The translations under genes were made by a program, and so were the position numbers. The notes beneath the pieces are model-generated. The model was not told where the DNA came from, searched no databases, and saw nothing but the letters and a program-made list of their open reading frames with translations. Below, piece after piece: positions 1-13,991 of a stretch of DNA of 64,000 nt (its first letter is position 1; each line of letters starts with the position of its first letter). The stretch comes from Octopus vulgaris (lineage: Eukaryota): NCBI GenBank assembly GCA_951406725.2, contig OX597821.1:2976001-3040000 (forward strand), read 5' to 3'.

Positions 1-310
1 ATTAGCATCTTTGTATCAGATATTCCTTCCACATACCTTCCTTGCCAAATCAAATAATATTTTCTAGTTTTCTACCATTTCCATATAGACAGTGATATAA
101 TTTGAAAATGAATTAAACACAGTGAGGCCAATATTAAGTTTTCGCCTGAGAAGATATTTCCAAATGCATTTTGTGTTATATTTGTATTTCAAAAGGTCGA
201 TTTTTCTGTCTATGTTTCTTATAGGCGCTTCTCAACAGACATAAACATTTACTGATATGTTATAACAGCTGTGACTAAATTCTTTCAGTAGTAGTTAATT
301 TGTATTTTGT

Positions 311-573
311 GGAGGCGCGTGGCTTAGTGGTTAGGGTGTCACCATCACGATCTTAACATTGTGGTTTCGACTCCTGCACCGGGCGATGCGTTGTGTTCTT
401 GAGCAAAACACTTCATTTCACGTTGCTCCAGTCCACTCAGCTGGCAAAAATGAGTAACGCTGCGATGGACTGGCGTCCCGTCCAGCTGAGGAACACGTAC
501 GCCATAGAAACCGGCAAACCGGGCCCATGAGCCTGGCTAGGCTTTAAAAGGGTACATTCGTTTTATTTTATTT
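311..573 (+). mobile_element. tRNA-headed CORE-type SINE (family C)
   Basis: A-box-like tggcttagtgg and B-box-like ggtttcgactcc, then CORE-like ttgtgttcttgagcaaaacacttcatttcac. The tail (gaaaccgg...cccatgagcc) is shared with copies at 27353, 31831 and 44170. Confidence 0.8.
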
Positions 574-655
574 AAAATTTATATTTATTCATATGCATGT
601 TCACTACTACTGTCTGTATTGGCATAAGAAATACTCAAGGGATATGATACAGTAA

Positions 656-960
656 AGGCGAGCGGTTTAGTGATTAGTGTTCATCTGTTCACTTTCCAGT
701 GATGTACTGTGTCCTTCAGCAAGAAACTTTACTTCACATTGTTCCACTCCATTTAGATGGGCAAAATGAGTAGTACCGGTATTTCAAAGGGCCAGCCATG
801 TCACGTCACACTCCCTGTCACACTAAATCTCCCTGAGAACTACGTTAGGGGTGCACGTGTCTGTGGAGTACTCAGCCAGTTGCACGTTAACTGCACAAGC
901 AGGCGGTTCGGCTGATTGCATCAACTGGAGCACTCGTCATCATAACCGACGGAGTGACAC
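656..960 (+). mobile_element. Diverged CORE-type SINE with a different 3' region
   Basis: Decayed head aggcgagcggtttagtgattag and CORE-like tgtgtccttcagcaagaaactttacttcac...aaaatgagta, similar to 311-573. Confidence 0.6.
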
Positions 961-1064
961 GTCTTACATACGATACAAGTAAAATGAAAGACTTAAACTT
1001 TACCTATATACATACATATGTGTGTGTTTTTGTGTATGAAAATCCACATGTTTATATAAACGTG

Positions 1065-1428
<364 letters not shown>

Positions 1429-1430
1429 AA

Positions 1431-4400
1431 TCCTTAAATCCTTAAAAATGTTTTAGACCGAAGGCCGCGGCCATGCTGGGTCACCACCGCTGAATGAGCT
1501 ACACTAGTTTGTGAATCCACCTCTGATACGTGGCACTTGATCAACAAGGGAGTTCGATGCTGCTGCCCGCATCCGTGTCTCCTGTCGTAAGGTAGGTTCA
1601 TCTGTGACTCCCAACAAGAAGAGATCCAGTTTAGTTTTAAAGAAACCCACATCCACACCATGTAAGTCTCTCAGGCATTTAGGGAGGACGTTAAAGAGCT
1701 GTGGTCCTCTGAAACCCAAGCTGTTGCAGTATCTGGACATGTATTTTGATGGTGATGTTGGAATCCTTGGCACCACGCAGCGGCGCCCGTTCTGCGGTTG
1801 CAGTAACTTTGAATGCCAAAGTTTGGGACAAGACCCTCCAGGATTTTCCAGATGTATATCACTGCATATCTCTCACGCCTCCGCTCCAGGGAGAAGAGGT
1901 TTAATACCTTCAGTCTTTCCCAGTAGCTGACATTTTGCATTGAGACGATTTTCTTTGTGTAGCTTCTCTGAGTTGCTTCGAGTTCTGCTGTTTGTTTTAT
2001 ATTGTGTGGTGACCAAAGTTGGGAGCAGTAGTCCAAGCGGCTGAGGACAAATGTTTTCCATAGGACCATCAGTGTCTCCTTCTCTCTTGTTCTGAAAGTT
2101 CGGAGAATCCATCCAGCTAGCCGTTTGCATTTTATCACCAGATTAGCAATATGCATTTCGAAAGATGCATCATTGCTCATGTCAATGCCCAGGTCACGCA
2201 CTGATTTTGACTCAGGGATTGCAATTCTTCCTGGGCCAGTGTATCCAGTCTTCACGTCATTTACCTTTGTGTGCCAGTAGCGCAGGGCCTGGAACTTACC
2301 TGCATTAAACTGCATGTTGTTGTCCTCAGCCCACCTGTATATTGTGTCCAGCTCATGTTGCAGATGCGCAATATTTTCAGGATTTTGTATTGCGTGGGAG
2401 ACTTTTGTGTCATCTGCATAGCTAGCAAGGGTGGTCATCGTAGCAACTGAAAGCATGTCTGAAAGGGCCACTATGAACATCAGTGGCCCCAAGACAGTGC
2501 CCTGTGGGACACCACTTGTTATTTGCGTTTCCCTGGAGGTGGCTCCATTGCTCACAACTGCCTGTTTTCTGTCTTTTAGGAAGTTGTGCAGCCACTCTCC
2601 AAGTTTCCCGCCTATGCCGAGACCACGCAGTTTGTGACAGATCATACCATGGTCGACTTTATCAAAGGCTTTTGCAAAGTCAAGATATATTACATCCACA
2701 TTTGAGCCATTTAGTAGCTGTTTCAACACCCAGTCATAGTGTTACAGGAGCTGTGTTAGGCAGCCTCTACCTGGTCGAAATCCATGCTGGGTGTCAGACA
2801 GTAAGTCATTTTCTTCAAGGAACATGATTAGTTTCTTACGGACTATTCGTTCCATGACTTTGCTGATGTGTGAGGTCAGAGAGATAGGCCTATAATTTTT
2901 AGCATCTGCTCTGCTACCTCCCTTATGGATAGGGCATATTACCCCCTCTTTCAGTTTGACTGGGAGCTTACCACTTGCAAGAAAGCTCTGAAAAAGAAGC
3001 TGTAGCGGTTTTGCAAGGGCTCGTTTGCACGATTTGAGAAGGATCGCTGGGAATCCATCAGGTCCAGCAGCTGAGTTTGTGTCAATCTCATCAATGGCTA
3101 GTGTGATATCATCTTCTTCGATGTTGATGTACTCAATTTTTGTCTCTTTGGCCGCTGGTAAAGAGGCAAAGAATTTTTCTGGGTTGTTTACTTGCCTGTG
3201 TCCTAGAAGTGTAGTGAACACACTTTGGAACTGTTCGTTCAGTATTTCACTTATCCTCGTGGGATTTCCTTTGAGAGAGCCATCCTTTTGGAAGAGAGGT
3301 CCTATTCTCTGGTGCACTGTGGCTGTCTCTTTGGCAAACTTAAAGAAAGCTTTAGGGTTTGATTTTATATTTTCTATTACCCAAGCTTCTTTATCTGCTC
3401 TCTCCTTTTCATGGGACTGATGTAGACTTTTCTCAGTTTCCATTAGCATTCTTTCGAGCCGAGACTTCTCACCACTTTTGGTGTGCTTGCTCAGGCGGTT
3501 TGCAATCCTTATCCGTCGTCTCATAATAATCCTTCTTTCTCTAGGGATCCTGTTTTTGTTCTTGTGTGTGCTGGCCCTGCACATTGGGACATATTTGTCA
3601 CATATGGCTTGTATTATGGACATGAAGTGTTTGTGTTTCATGTTTATGTCCGGTGTGGAGAGACATTCAGGCCAATCCTGTTTGAGGATCTCTTTCTCAA
3701 TCGACTTCCAGTTGGCTTTATGAAAGTTTAAGTTGGAGAGATGGTGGGTGCTTCGTATAGGCTGTGTGTCTGCGGGGGCTTTTGTTCCATACATAGACAG
3801 CTCTATTATGTTGTGATCCGAGATCATTGTCGGCATCACATTAACATTATGGATAATATCCATATTGTTTGTGAAGCAGAGATCCAGTATATTATCTGCC
3901 CTTGTTGGTTGCAGAACTATTTGCTCCATGAAAGAGGCATTTGTGAGATGGAGCAGGGACTCCACCTGTGCCTGCTGATGGTGTGTCATCCCTGGGAGCA
4001 TCTGCCCCCCAGGCCATTCCACATTGGGGAGGTTAAAGTCACACATGAAGAATACACTGTTGTGCTGTTCAAGGTTGGTGAGGACTTCTCCTATTTTTGT
4101 TAGGCAGTCTTCAAACATGCCTGAGTGTTTTGGGGCATCTGGTGGGCGATATGTAGTGCATATGACGATATTCAGTTGTCTTATGTGTACAATCTGAGTT
4201 TCACATACTGAGTTTGAATATGACAGCAGGACCTGGGGCGTGAGGTCATCTCGGATGTACATTGCAACTCCACCATGGCTCCTCCCTTTTCTTTCTGTGC
4301 GTATGACTGCATATTGCGGCATGTGTATTTCTACATCACCTATATTGGGTTCAAGATGCGTTTCTGTGAGTGCCATGCATATAGCTTGATTGCATGTCAC

Positions 4401-5113
4401 AAGGTCTCTCAGGAATGAAATTTTCTTTTTACAGTTTCCGCGCAGCAGCCCTCCTACATTCAGTAGAAATATTTTTGTGGTGTGTGTGTTGGTGTTGGTG
4501 TCTGTGGTGGCCATCCTGCATCTGTTGGAGGTGACCTTATGTGGTGGTAGTTCCAGCTTTGTGCTTGTAGCCAGGTCAGCTGCTGAACAATTTGTTGTGC
4601 CATGCACAAAAAAGACTGCTGTTCAGCTGCCGCCCTTCTCACATCTGGGTGAAGCTGGCCACCTGTTGGGTTTCCGCGCACCACATCTGCATACCGTCTT
4701 TCAGTAGTGGTCAGTGCGCTTTTTTCCCTTCTTTTAACTTTTTGTTTTTGTTTTTGTTTTTGTTCTCCCTGAGGGAGGGACCTCTGTCTCGCGTCCGTGC
4801 GGTTTTGGTAGGGCCTCCGATGTGCAAAGCGACAGTTTGCACCTTCAACGCCGTACCAGCAGTCCCCCTCAGGTAGAATTTGCAGGTGTTTCTTTCCCTG
4901 CCCTTACAGTTTTTGCTGGGGTCCCTCTGCTCTCTCTGGACAGGGCTTCCTTTAGCCTTGATTCTGTCACCCTTTACCTCCTGCTTCCCATCAATTCCAG
5001 GGTGCCTTTCCTTTCTTGCGGCCATCGCACCTCTTTGGTCTTCAGTTGTGGTGTTGGAAGCTGGACATGTGTCATCGTTTCCCTGTGTTCCAGGCTTCTC
5101 CATTTGGCTCTGG

Positions 5114-5117
<4 letters not shown>
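1431..5117 (-). mobile_element. Nearly full-length CR1/L2-group non-LTR retrotransposon (APE endonuclease plus reverse transcriptase), embedded in (TA)n
   Basis: Endonuclease motifs ALTETHL, YRPP, CDFNLP, ILDLCFTN, SDHNII. RT motifs KNYRPISLTS, QHGFRPGR, YLDFAKAFDKVDH, SGVPQGTVLGP, YADD. C-terminal SLERRRERY. The 3' end has a short stem-loop and a (taaggatt) repeat. Confidence 0.95.
1504..4607 (-). pseudogene. LINE EN-RT polyprotein with one in-frame stop (2742-2744) and one frameshift near 1790
   Basis: ORFs 2742..4607 and 1671..2729 are in the same frame (GCLTQLL*HYDWVLKQLL). The C-terminus continues in the frame of 1504..1776 (...RAAASNSLVDQ). Confidence 0.9.
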
Positions 5118-5205
<88 letters not shown>

Positions 5206-5263
5206 TTTATATATATATACATATATATATATATATAAATATATGTATATATATATATATAAA

Positions 5264-5309
<46 letters not shown>

Positions 5310-5310
5310 T

Positions 5311-5343
<33 letters not shown>

Positions 5344-5380
5344 AATATATATATATATGTATATAAATATATATATATAA

Positions 5381-5436
<56 letters not shown>
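5118..5436. repeat. (TA)n microsatellite
   Basis: Visible run at the 5' flank of the LINE. Confidence 0.97.
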
Positions 5437-5438
<2 letters not shown>

Positions 5439-5463
5439 TATTTAAAGCAGCAGAAAATTCAAC

Positions 5464-5565
5464 AAAATCTGTTACTCTGAGGTTCTCGTTGCCGTTCATC
5501 AGACAATTTTTGCTATCAAAAACTGTCTGATGAACGGCAACGAGAACCTCAGAGTAACAGATTTT
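5464..5565. ncRNA. Hairpin with 42-bp perfect arms, each carrying a degenerate type I hammerhead
   Basis: Arms 5464-5505 and 5524-5565. On the + strand: ctgt-CTGATGA-acg gcaa cga-GAAC-ctc a gag-TA-acag, with stem I ctgt/acag and GAAA changed to GAAC. Confidence 0.6.
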
Positions 5566-6075
5566 TATACTTACAAAGAACTACTACCCAATCCAGTGAG
5601 GTTGTTGCCTTAGTCCCTCTACCTCGCCCTTCTCTTTTTCTCTCTTTCTTTCTCTATTTCCCTCTTTCTATAGTAAGCACTATCAAACACACAGACACAA
5701 ACCTCTCACCTCACCACTGTCTGTTTTCTGACATCTAACCATCCACATACACAATCACGCATACACATAATACACACACATTAATGCAGTTATATACAGT
5801 CACACACACAGGCATTCATTCACAAAAGAAATGAACAAAATCCACCATTCATATGACCTGCACCCTTTCACCTTCCTATTCTTATGCCTCCCTCCTCCAA
5901 CTTCCTTTGAACCCTTGAACCTTTAGAACCTTCTGGATTCTTATACTTTCAACCACTTTGACGTCACTCCTTATAAAGGAATATTTTAAAGAGACACACA
6001 TTACCGCCCTGGGCTCCGTGTGAGCAATCATCCGAAAGTATTTTGTGCATTTTGATGTTGACATACTTTCCTTGC

Positions 6076-6158
6076 TTTTCCTGATGAGAAAGCGGCATAA
6101 TGTACTCCTTATTCCTTCACAATTTGGAATATTGAGCCTTCGAAACATATGTCGAAAA
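6076..6158 (+). ncRNA. Type I hammerhead ribozyme motif
   Basis: ttttc-CTGATGA-gaaagc...gccttc-GAA-ACATATGT-C-gaaaa. Complete core, palindromic stem III, GUC cleavage triplet. Confidence 0.85.
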
Positions 6159-6209
6159 TAAAGGAATTTTGTTAATTCATCGTTCAGCTCCATTCTTTCA
6201 TATATAAAT

Positions 6210-6270
<61 letters not shown>

Positions 6271-6366
6271 TTATTATTTTTATTATTATTAAAAATTTCT
6301 TTTTGTTTTTATGTAAATATAACTATCAAAATGTATTAATAGTTTAATATAAGATAAAGAGTAAAA

Positions 6367-6463
6367 CCACTACGATCGTTTCATGCCCATAACCTAATTG
6401 GAATAACAAGAATCTAAATTCAATTAATAAGTCGAATAATGGTTATAGTCAATCTTCAGGTTA
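6367..6463 (-). ncRNA. Type I hammerhead ribozyme motif in an AT-rich element (~6290-7480) between (TA)n tracts
   Basis: Minus strand: taac-CTGAAGA-ttgactataacc...ggttatgggcat-GAA-ACGATCGT-A-gtgg. Long imperfect stem II, weak stem I. Confidence 0.7.
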
Positions 6464-7517
6464 ATGATAATATTTAAATAAATAATCAAAAATATTTAAA
6501 CAATATTTTTAAAGAAATAAATAAATTAATAATTTTTCTTTTAAAAAACTCTATTATCAAACTAGAAACTTTAACGATTATGATTATGTCATACAATCGA
6601 TTATAATATTAAATATTAATATTCAAGTATTAATTTTTAAGGTAAAAATCCAACAAATAATCTAATCTCAGTTACAGTCAATATATAATTTTACATACAT
6701 TTTTTACAAGACAAAAAAACTATTCATATTATTAAATATAATTTCAAGTCAAATTATTATATAATATTTGAATAATAACTAAATTATCAATGAAAATATA
6801 TAAATGTATATAAATATAAGAATTAAGATCTAAAATTATCTCTATTAATAAATATATATGCACGTATAATAAAGACCTAGTAAATTAATTATTCATTATT
6901 ACTTATAAAAATATTCAAAGATTAAAGATAAACAAACAAACAATCTTAAAAGAACGCTATAACTAATTAAAGATCCATATATCTCGTTGGCTAACTAATA
7001 AACTTCAAAAATCGCATAGTTAAGAAACTAAAACGAAATTATAAAATACTTAATGTAATAATCAATCCTTATTTATATAGTATCAAAATAAATACTACAA
7101 ATATATTTATCAGTGGAAGAAATATTACTACCAATTATCAATTTAAAAAAAAAACAATGTATAAGTTACAATAACAATTTAAGATAACTATCAATAATGT
7201 AGTTATTTAAGACTAAAATGTATGCTATCAATACATGTATATACATGAAACCTAACTTTAAAAAACTCGTATAACTGTTAACGATCTATATATCTCTTTG
7301 GCTAAGTAAAGTCTTACGAATAAACGTAAAGTTAAAATCTAATAATTATATAGAAAAAACTACGATAACTAAATCATTACATAACCATCAGTATTTATAT
7401 AAAATACAATATTATACAATATGACGTTAAAATATTTAAATTTTAAAATTTAAAAATCCTAAATATAAATATATACTTAGCTTTGCGAGGTTTTGTATAT
7501 ATATATATATATTTATT

Positions 7518-7634
<117 letters not shown>

Positions 7635-7957
7635 ATTATCAGCCTATTTGGTTCAGTGCATGCAAACCATTCTGAATTTTGTTTTCTATTTTCTGAACGC
7701 CGTTCCCACAGTTGTCAGTTATTAGCCTTCACTCTTCGAGCGACTTTAAATTAAAGTAACCATCATAAATAAATTTATATTAAAGAAAAAGATCATGTGC
7801 TCTGCACGATGTTTGTCGATGTATGCCTTGAAAAAAAATTATAAAATCCCAAACTATTGAAACCATTCTCTCTGAAATGATTGAAATGATTTCATTGTTT
7901 TGCACAAATAAATATATTTAAGTGAGAGGAGGTTTACCGATGCAAAGTTTAATCAAT

Positions 7958-8336
7958 TACTCTCTCTTTTACTCTTTTACTTGTTTCAGTCATTTGACTA
8001 CGGCCATGCTGGAGCACCGCATTTAGTCGAGCAAATCAATCCCAGGACTTATTTTTGTAAGCCCAATACTTATTCCGAAGCATTATGTTAAGGCATCGGT
8101 TATCAGGCGAGGTTGGTGGGGTGGTGGACAAACACAGACACACAAACATATTCATACACATGCATATATATACATATGTAAGACTGGCTTCTTTCAGTTT
8201 CCGTCTACCAAATCAACTCACAAGTCTTTGGTCGGCCCGAGGTTATAGTAGAAGACACTTGCCCAAGGTGCCAGGTAGGGGACTGAATCCGGATCAATGG
8301 GATTCGTAAGCAAGCTACCTACCACACAGCCACTCC
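7958..8336 (-). mobile_element. tRNA-headed SINE family A (LINE-derived tail)
   Basis: Reverse complement of the family A pattern: head ggagtggctgtgtggta, ccttgggcaagtgtcttctac, tail gctccagcatggccgtagtcaaatgactgaaacaagtaaaagagta. Confidence 0.9.
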
Positions 8337-8384
8337 GTATGTTAAAATGTACTTTTATTTTTGCTCGAGCACATTCACTTTACG

Positions 8385-8435
8385 AATGTATATATATGTA
8401 TTTCGGTATATATATACAAACACAAACACATATAC

Positions 8436-8480
<45 letters not shown>

Positions 8481-8647
8481 CATATATATATATATATATA
8501 CATACATACACACAGATACACATATACACATATATATACACATATATACACATATATATATACACATACATATATATATATAAATACATACATACATATA
8601 TATATATACATACATACATATATATATATACATACACATATATACAT

Positions 8648-8682
<35 letters not shown>

Positions 8683-8805
8683 CATACACATATATATATA
8701 CATAATACACATATATACACATACATATATATACACATACATACACATACATACGCATACATACACATATATATACATACACATATATATATACACACAC
8801 ACATA
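8385..8805. repeat. (TA)n/(CA)n compound microsatellite
   Basis: Visible run. Confidence 0.95.
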
Positions 8806-9474
8806 TGTCGTTAAAGTTTCTTGTGTAATATTTTGTTATATATTGCATTTTTAATGAATATGTTGAGGGAAACATTTACTAGATATCTTGCATAGTTTAT
8901 AATCTATATTAAACTGTGAGGATTGAAAATTCCCTAAAAAGTGAATTTTGTTACATATAAACAAAATATTGCTTTCCTGCACAAATTTCAGAGTTAGCAT
9001 CAATCCCATTAATCAATTAATACAATTAGAAGCTGAATCATACTATGTTTTACAATAATGGATGTTAAATTGAATAATGGTGGCGCTCTAAATATACTGT
9101 TTCTAAAGAAAATAAGCGGTGATGATGTTTTGATGTTATTAGATCATAGATTTTAATGAACGACGGCGGCCGTGAGACAAAGGAGGAAATATATTAAGAA
9201 CACTAACGCAGGACAATGAAATAGCTTAGGATTTCAAATACTGCTCTAAATAATTACAGGTACATTGTATAATTTCAAGAAACTTAAATACCGCATAGTG
9301 CATTAAATAATATGGTATATTACAGCAACATTACAATTACAATAGGCGGTCGTGTATCAGGAAATTCAGATGATTGGTGAGATGATCCGAAATTTTAGGT
9401 ATTCAAAGATTGTACAGTACAAACGTAATGGATGCAGTATACACATGTAAATATACAGATACAAATTCATAATA

Positions 9475-10619
<1,145 letters not shown>

Positions 10620-10639
10620 TATATATGTATATATATACA

Positions 10640-11599
10640 CAAATTGAGATAGGGGTTGTAAATGCAACCCTGCATGGGATAACATATATCCAAAATACTG
10701 CTAGTGAAGTACCCAACAAAGTTAATACATAAATGTTAATGATTGCGATGCAATCAATTCATTTACTGTATTATATAGGCAAAGGTAAAATGATTAACCA
10801 CAAATTACTAATAGAAGATACGAAAATGGATAAATACATCTAAATCAAATATCAATTACCTGATAATACTCAATCACATACTTTATTAAACCACCACATA
10901 AGAGACTGTAGGGTTAAATATAAAAAGCAGAACAAATCAGTGTACATAATGGAATGTACATAAAAAAGTGTACATAAATTAGTAACGTATAATAAGTAGA
11001 ATATATATAAAAGAGAATATAAATATAAGTAAATATAAATATAAGTAAAGGTTACAACTTACAGCTGTTTCGGACATGTAGATAAGTATGTCTCATTTTG
11101 CCAATATTAGCCCTTTATGGTTGGTCAATATATAGATATATATGAGACATTTACAAAAATATCATAAGGCCTCTTCGGAGATTATGTAATATAATATAAA
11201 TCAGTCTACATATATACCCACATAGGTGTGGGTGCATACCCATAATACAACATATATATATATATATATACATATGAGTGCATATACTCACACTCTTATA
11301 CATATAAAAATATACATATACATAATTATATAAATAAATAATATAAATTAATAAACATATATATGTGTTCCACATCCAATGTTAATTTTTTTGACTTAAT
11401 ATTGTGATAATAAACATACACAAATTAGTCCCTAGATGCAAATATACATAGTCAATAGTACATTATATTACTTCATAATAATTTCTCTGCTTTTTATATT
11501 TAACCCTACAGTCACTTATGTGGTGGTTTAATAAAGTATATGATTGAGTATTATCAGGTAATTGATATTTGATTTAGATGTATTTCTCCATTTTCTTAT

Positions 11600-11602
<3 letters not shown>
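10640..11602 (-). mobile_element. Non-coding Penelope-like/retrozyme-like element with ~115-bp inverted repeats and a hammerhead
   Basis: 10818-10931 is the near reverse complement of 11486-11600. Minus-strand motif 11056-11183: atct-CCGAAGA-gg...cc-GAA-ACAGCTGT-A-agtt. Flanked by (TA)n. Confidence 0.65.
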
Positions 11603-11695
<93 letters not shown>

Positions 11696-11837
11696 AATAT
11701 ACGTAAATACATATAGATATGAAGACATGTGTGAGAATGTGTGTGTAAATGAATGTCTGCATAGTAGCACAAATTTACATAAGCTTGGAAATATGCGTAT
11801 ATGTACTTTTCTATACGTATGTTAAAGTGTGTGTGTA

Positions 11838-11905
11838 CATGCGTGCGCGTCTGCGTGTGCATGCGTGCGCGTCTGCGTGTGCATGCGTGCGCGTCTGCGT
11901 GTGCA
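11838..11905. repeat. 22-bp tandem repeat (catgcgtgcgcgtctgcgtgtg) x3
   Basis: Three consecutive units are visible. Confidence 0.85.
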
Positions 11906-12606
11906 CGCGAGTGTGTTTGTGTGTGCTTTTGTGAGTGTGTGTATAACAATTTCACGATCAGAGCATATCGCTAAAATAAAAATTCCAGAAAGATTTATAA
12001 AAGTATTATATATCTTCTAATATTGATTTTTCTATTTATTTCATTAATACAGTTAATGTTTTTTTTTTATACTTTCTTCTTCGTTATAGAATTAACAGAA
12101 GCAGAAAACTTTTAATCTCACTATTAATCCGACAAATATGTGACACATCACCATATAGGCAAAAATATAAAAAGATAATATTATAAACTTCTTTGAAATA
12201 TATTCTGTTCCTAATAATCAATAAACAAAATTTATACTGTCATAATATCGATGACATAGGTAAATCAGTACGTATTATTATCAAAAATGGAAAATTTAGC
12301 TACAATATAACATACGAAACGTAGACATCTTGTACGTCGATATAAACGAACGTTCGCTTGTAATAATACACATATTTATACATAAAAAGAAACGCACAAA
12401 TATTGTTACACAAACGTACCACAATTTATATATGCCTATATACGCACACATAAGCAAACGTGTGCGCGTGTGTGCGTGCGTGTATAGGTATATATAAACG
12501 GGGTTAAAATAGCAGTATGGTCTGTTCTTATAGTACACCCATGTTTAGGTTTCGATATACATTATTTCTCAGTATAACTGCTGCTATCACAGCGAGTTAG
12601 TTTGAT

Positions 12607-12675
<69 letters not shown>

Positions 12676-12805
12676 AATGTTTATCTGGTTCTCTAGCTAG
12701 CAAGCAACCAATTATCTAATATAAGCAATAGGTTTTGTGAATACACGAACTCACATATATATATACACATAGATGTATTTTATGTGTGTATATATATATA
12801 TATGA

Positions 12806-12853
<48 letters not shown>

Positions 12854-13176
12854 ATAAATATCTATAGAGAGTGGGAGAGATAGATAGAGAGAAAGTGTGT
12901 GTGTGGGAGAGACAGAAAGAGATAAGGTGTTCATTTATATTTGTAAAAAAATTGCACGGCATGTTCAACGTAAGCGAAAAATACTTAGAAAAATATTTGC
13001 ATTTTAGTTCTAAACGAAAAAAATACAGAATAAGATCAAAAATCAATTCAAAGTTTCTTATATATAATATCTAGTTCGTAGAAATAGACACTTCCCTAAA
13101 TTTGCTATTCTATGTTGAATTTGCTATTCTCTCTTTCCTCATAAATATATATTTATATATATTATATATATTTATA

Positions 13177-13222
<46 letters not shown>

Positions 13223-13225
<3 letters not shown>

Positions 13226-13355
13226 TATATAGAAGGAGCTTCTACAGGACTAGAACTGTTTCATTCAAGAGAAATCTTCAGGAAGCTCTGAGCTTCCTGA
13301 AGATTTCTCTTGAATGAAACAGTTCTAGTCCTGTAGAAGCTCCTTCTATATAATA
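13223..13355. ncRNA. Perfect palindrome (~66-bp arms, 1-nt spacer at 13289) made of two divergent type I hammerheads
   Basis: On the + strand, 13291-13341: agcttc-CTGAAGA-tttc tctt gaat-GAA-ACAG ttctagtc CTGT-A-gaagct. The left arm is its exact reverse complement. Confidence 0.85.
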
Positions 13356-13435
13356 AATTAATTTTACTCTGCTATGTATTGAGTACCTTATTTACTGTGG
13401 TTAACCCCGAATCAACCCGGGACCTACATATATAT

Positions 13436-13991
13436 AAACAATAATAAATCTCTGAACGAGATTATATGTAGTACTCGGGTCTTCGGGGGAGGATGACCTC
13501 CCTTTGCAAGTAACACAAGGACACTCAGATAGTGTTTAAAGTCCTTCTGGTGACGTTGGTCGCCTGGGGCTAAAAGCATCAGTAACACCCCCCCTCCAGT
13601 GGCTAGCCACATTCAGATGGCTGATACCCCTTACGTTGTCGAGCGGTTACTGTTTATATCTCGTTCAGAGATTTATTATTGTTTTCAGACAGTTTTTCTA
13701 TATCAGTGACAGTGGCTACTGTGAAAAACATTATATATTACTTGCGAGGGGACTCCTTCATCGAAGACCGATGCGTACCATGCGTTGACGAGAGGCAATT
13801 ACCTTGAAACTATAGTCCGTATGTAGTACTTGGGTCTTCGTGGGAGGATGACCTTCCTTTGCAAGTAACACAAGGACACTGAGATAGTGTCTAAAGTCCT
13901 TCTGGTGACGTTGATCGCCTGCGGCTAAAAGCATCAGTAACCCCCCCCCTAGTGGCTAGCCACATTCAGATGGCTGATACCCCTTACGTCG

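Noticed and set aside
311-385. tRNA gene (similarly at 31831, 44380 and 10171)
   Set aside because: A- and B-boxes are present, but there is no intact cloverleaf and each continues into SINE body sequence.
2742-2744. Programmed readthrough or a two-ORF organisation of the LINE
   Set aside because: The stop falls in the middle of the RT domain and is most simply a point mutation in this copy.
3025-4103. Plus-strand ORFs overlapping the LINE
   Set aside because: Antisense shadows of the EN-RT frame with no recognisable motifs.
4711-5499. 262-aa ORF as a real ORF1
   Set aside because: The N-terminal half is the TA tract. Only the part below about 5117 belongs to the LINE.
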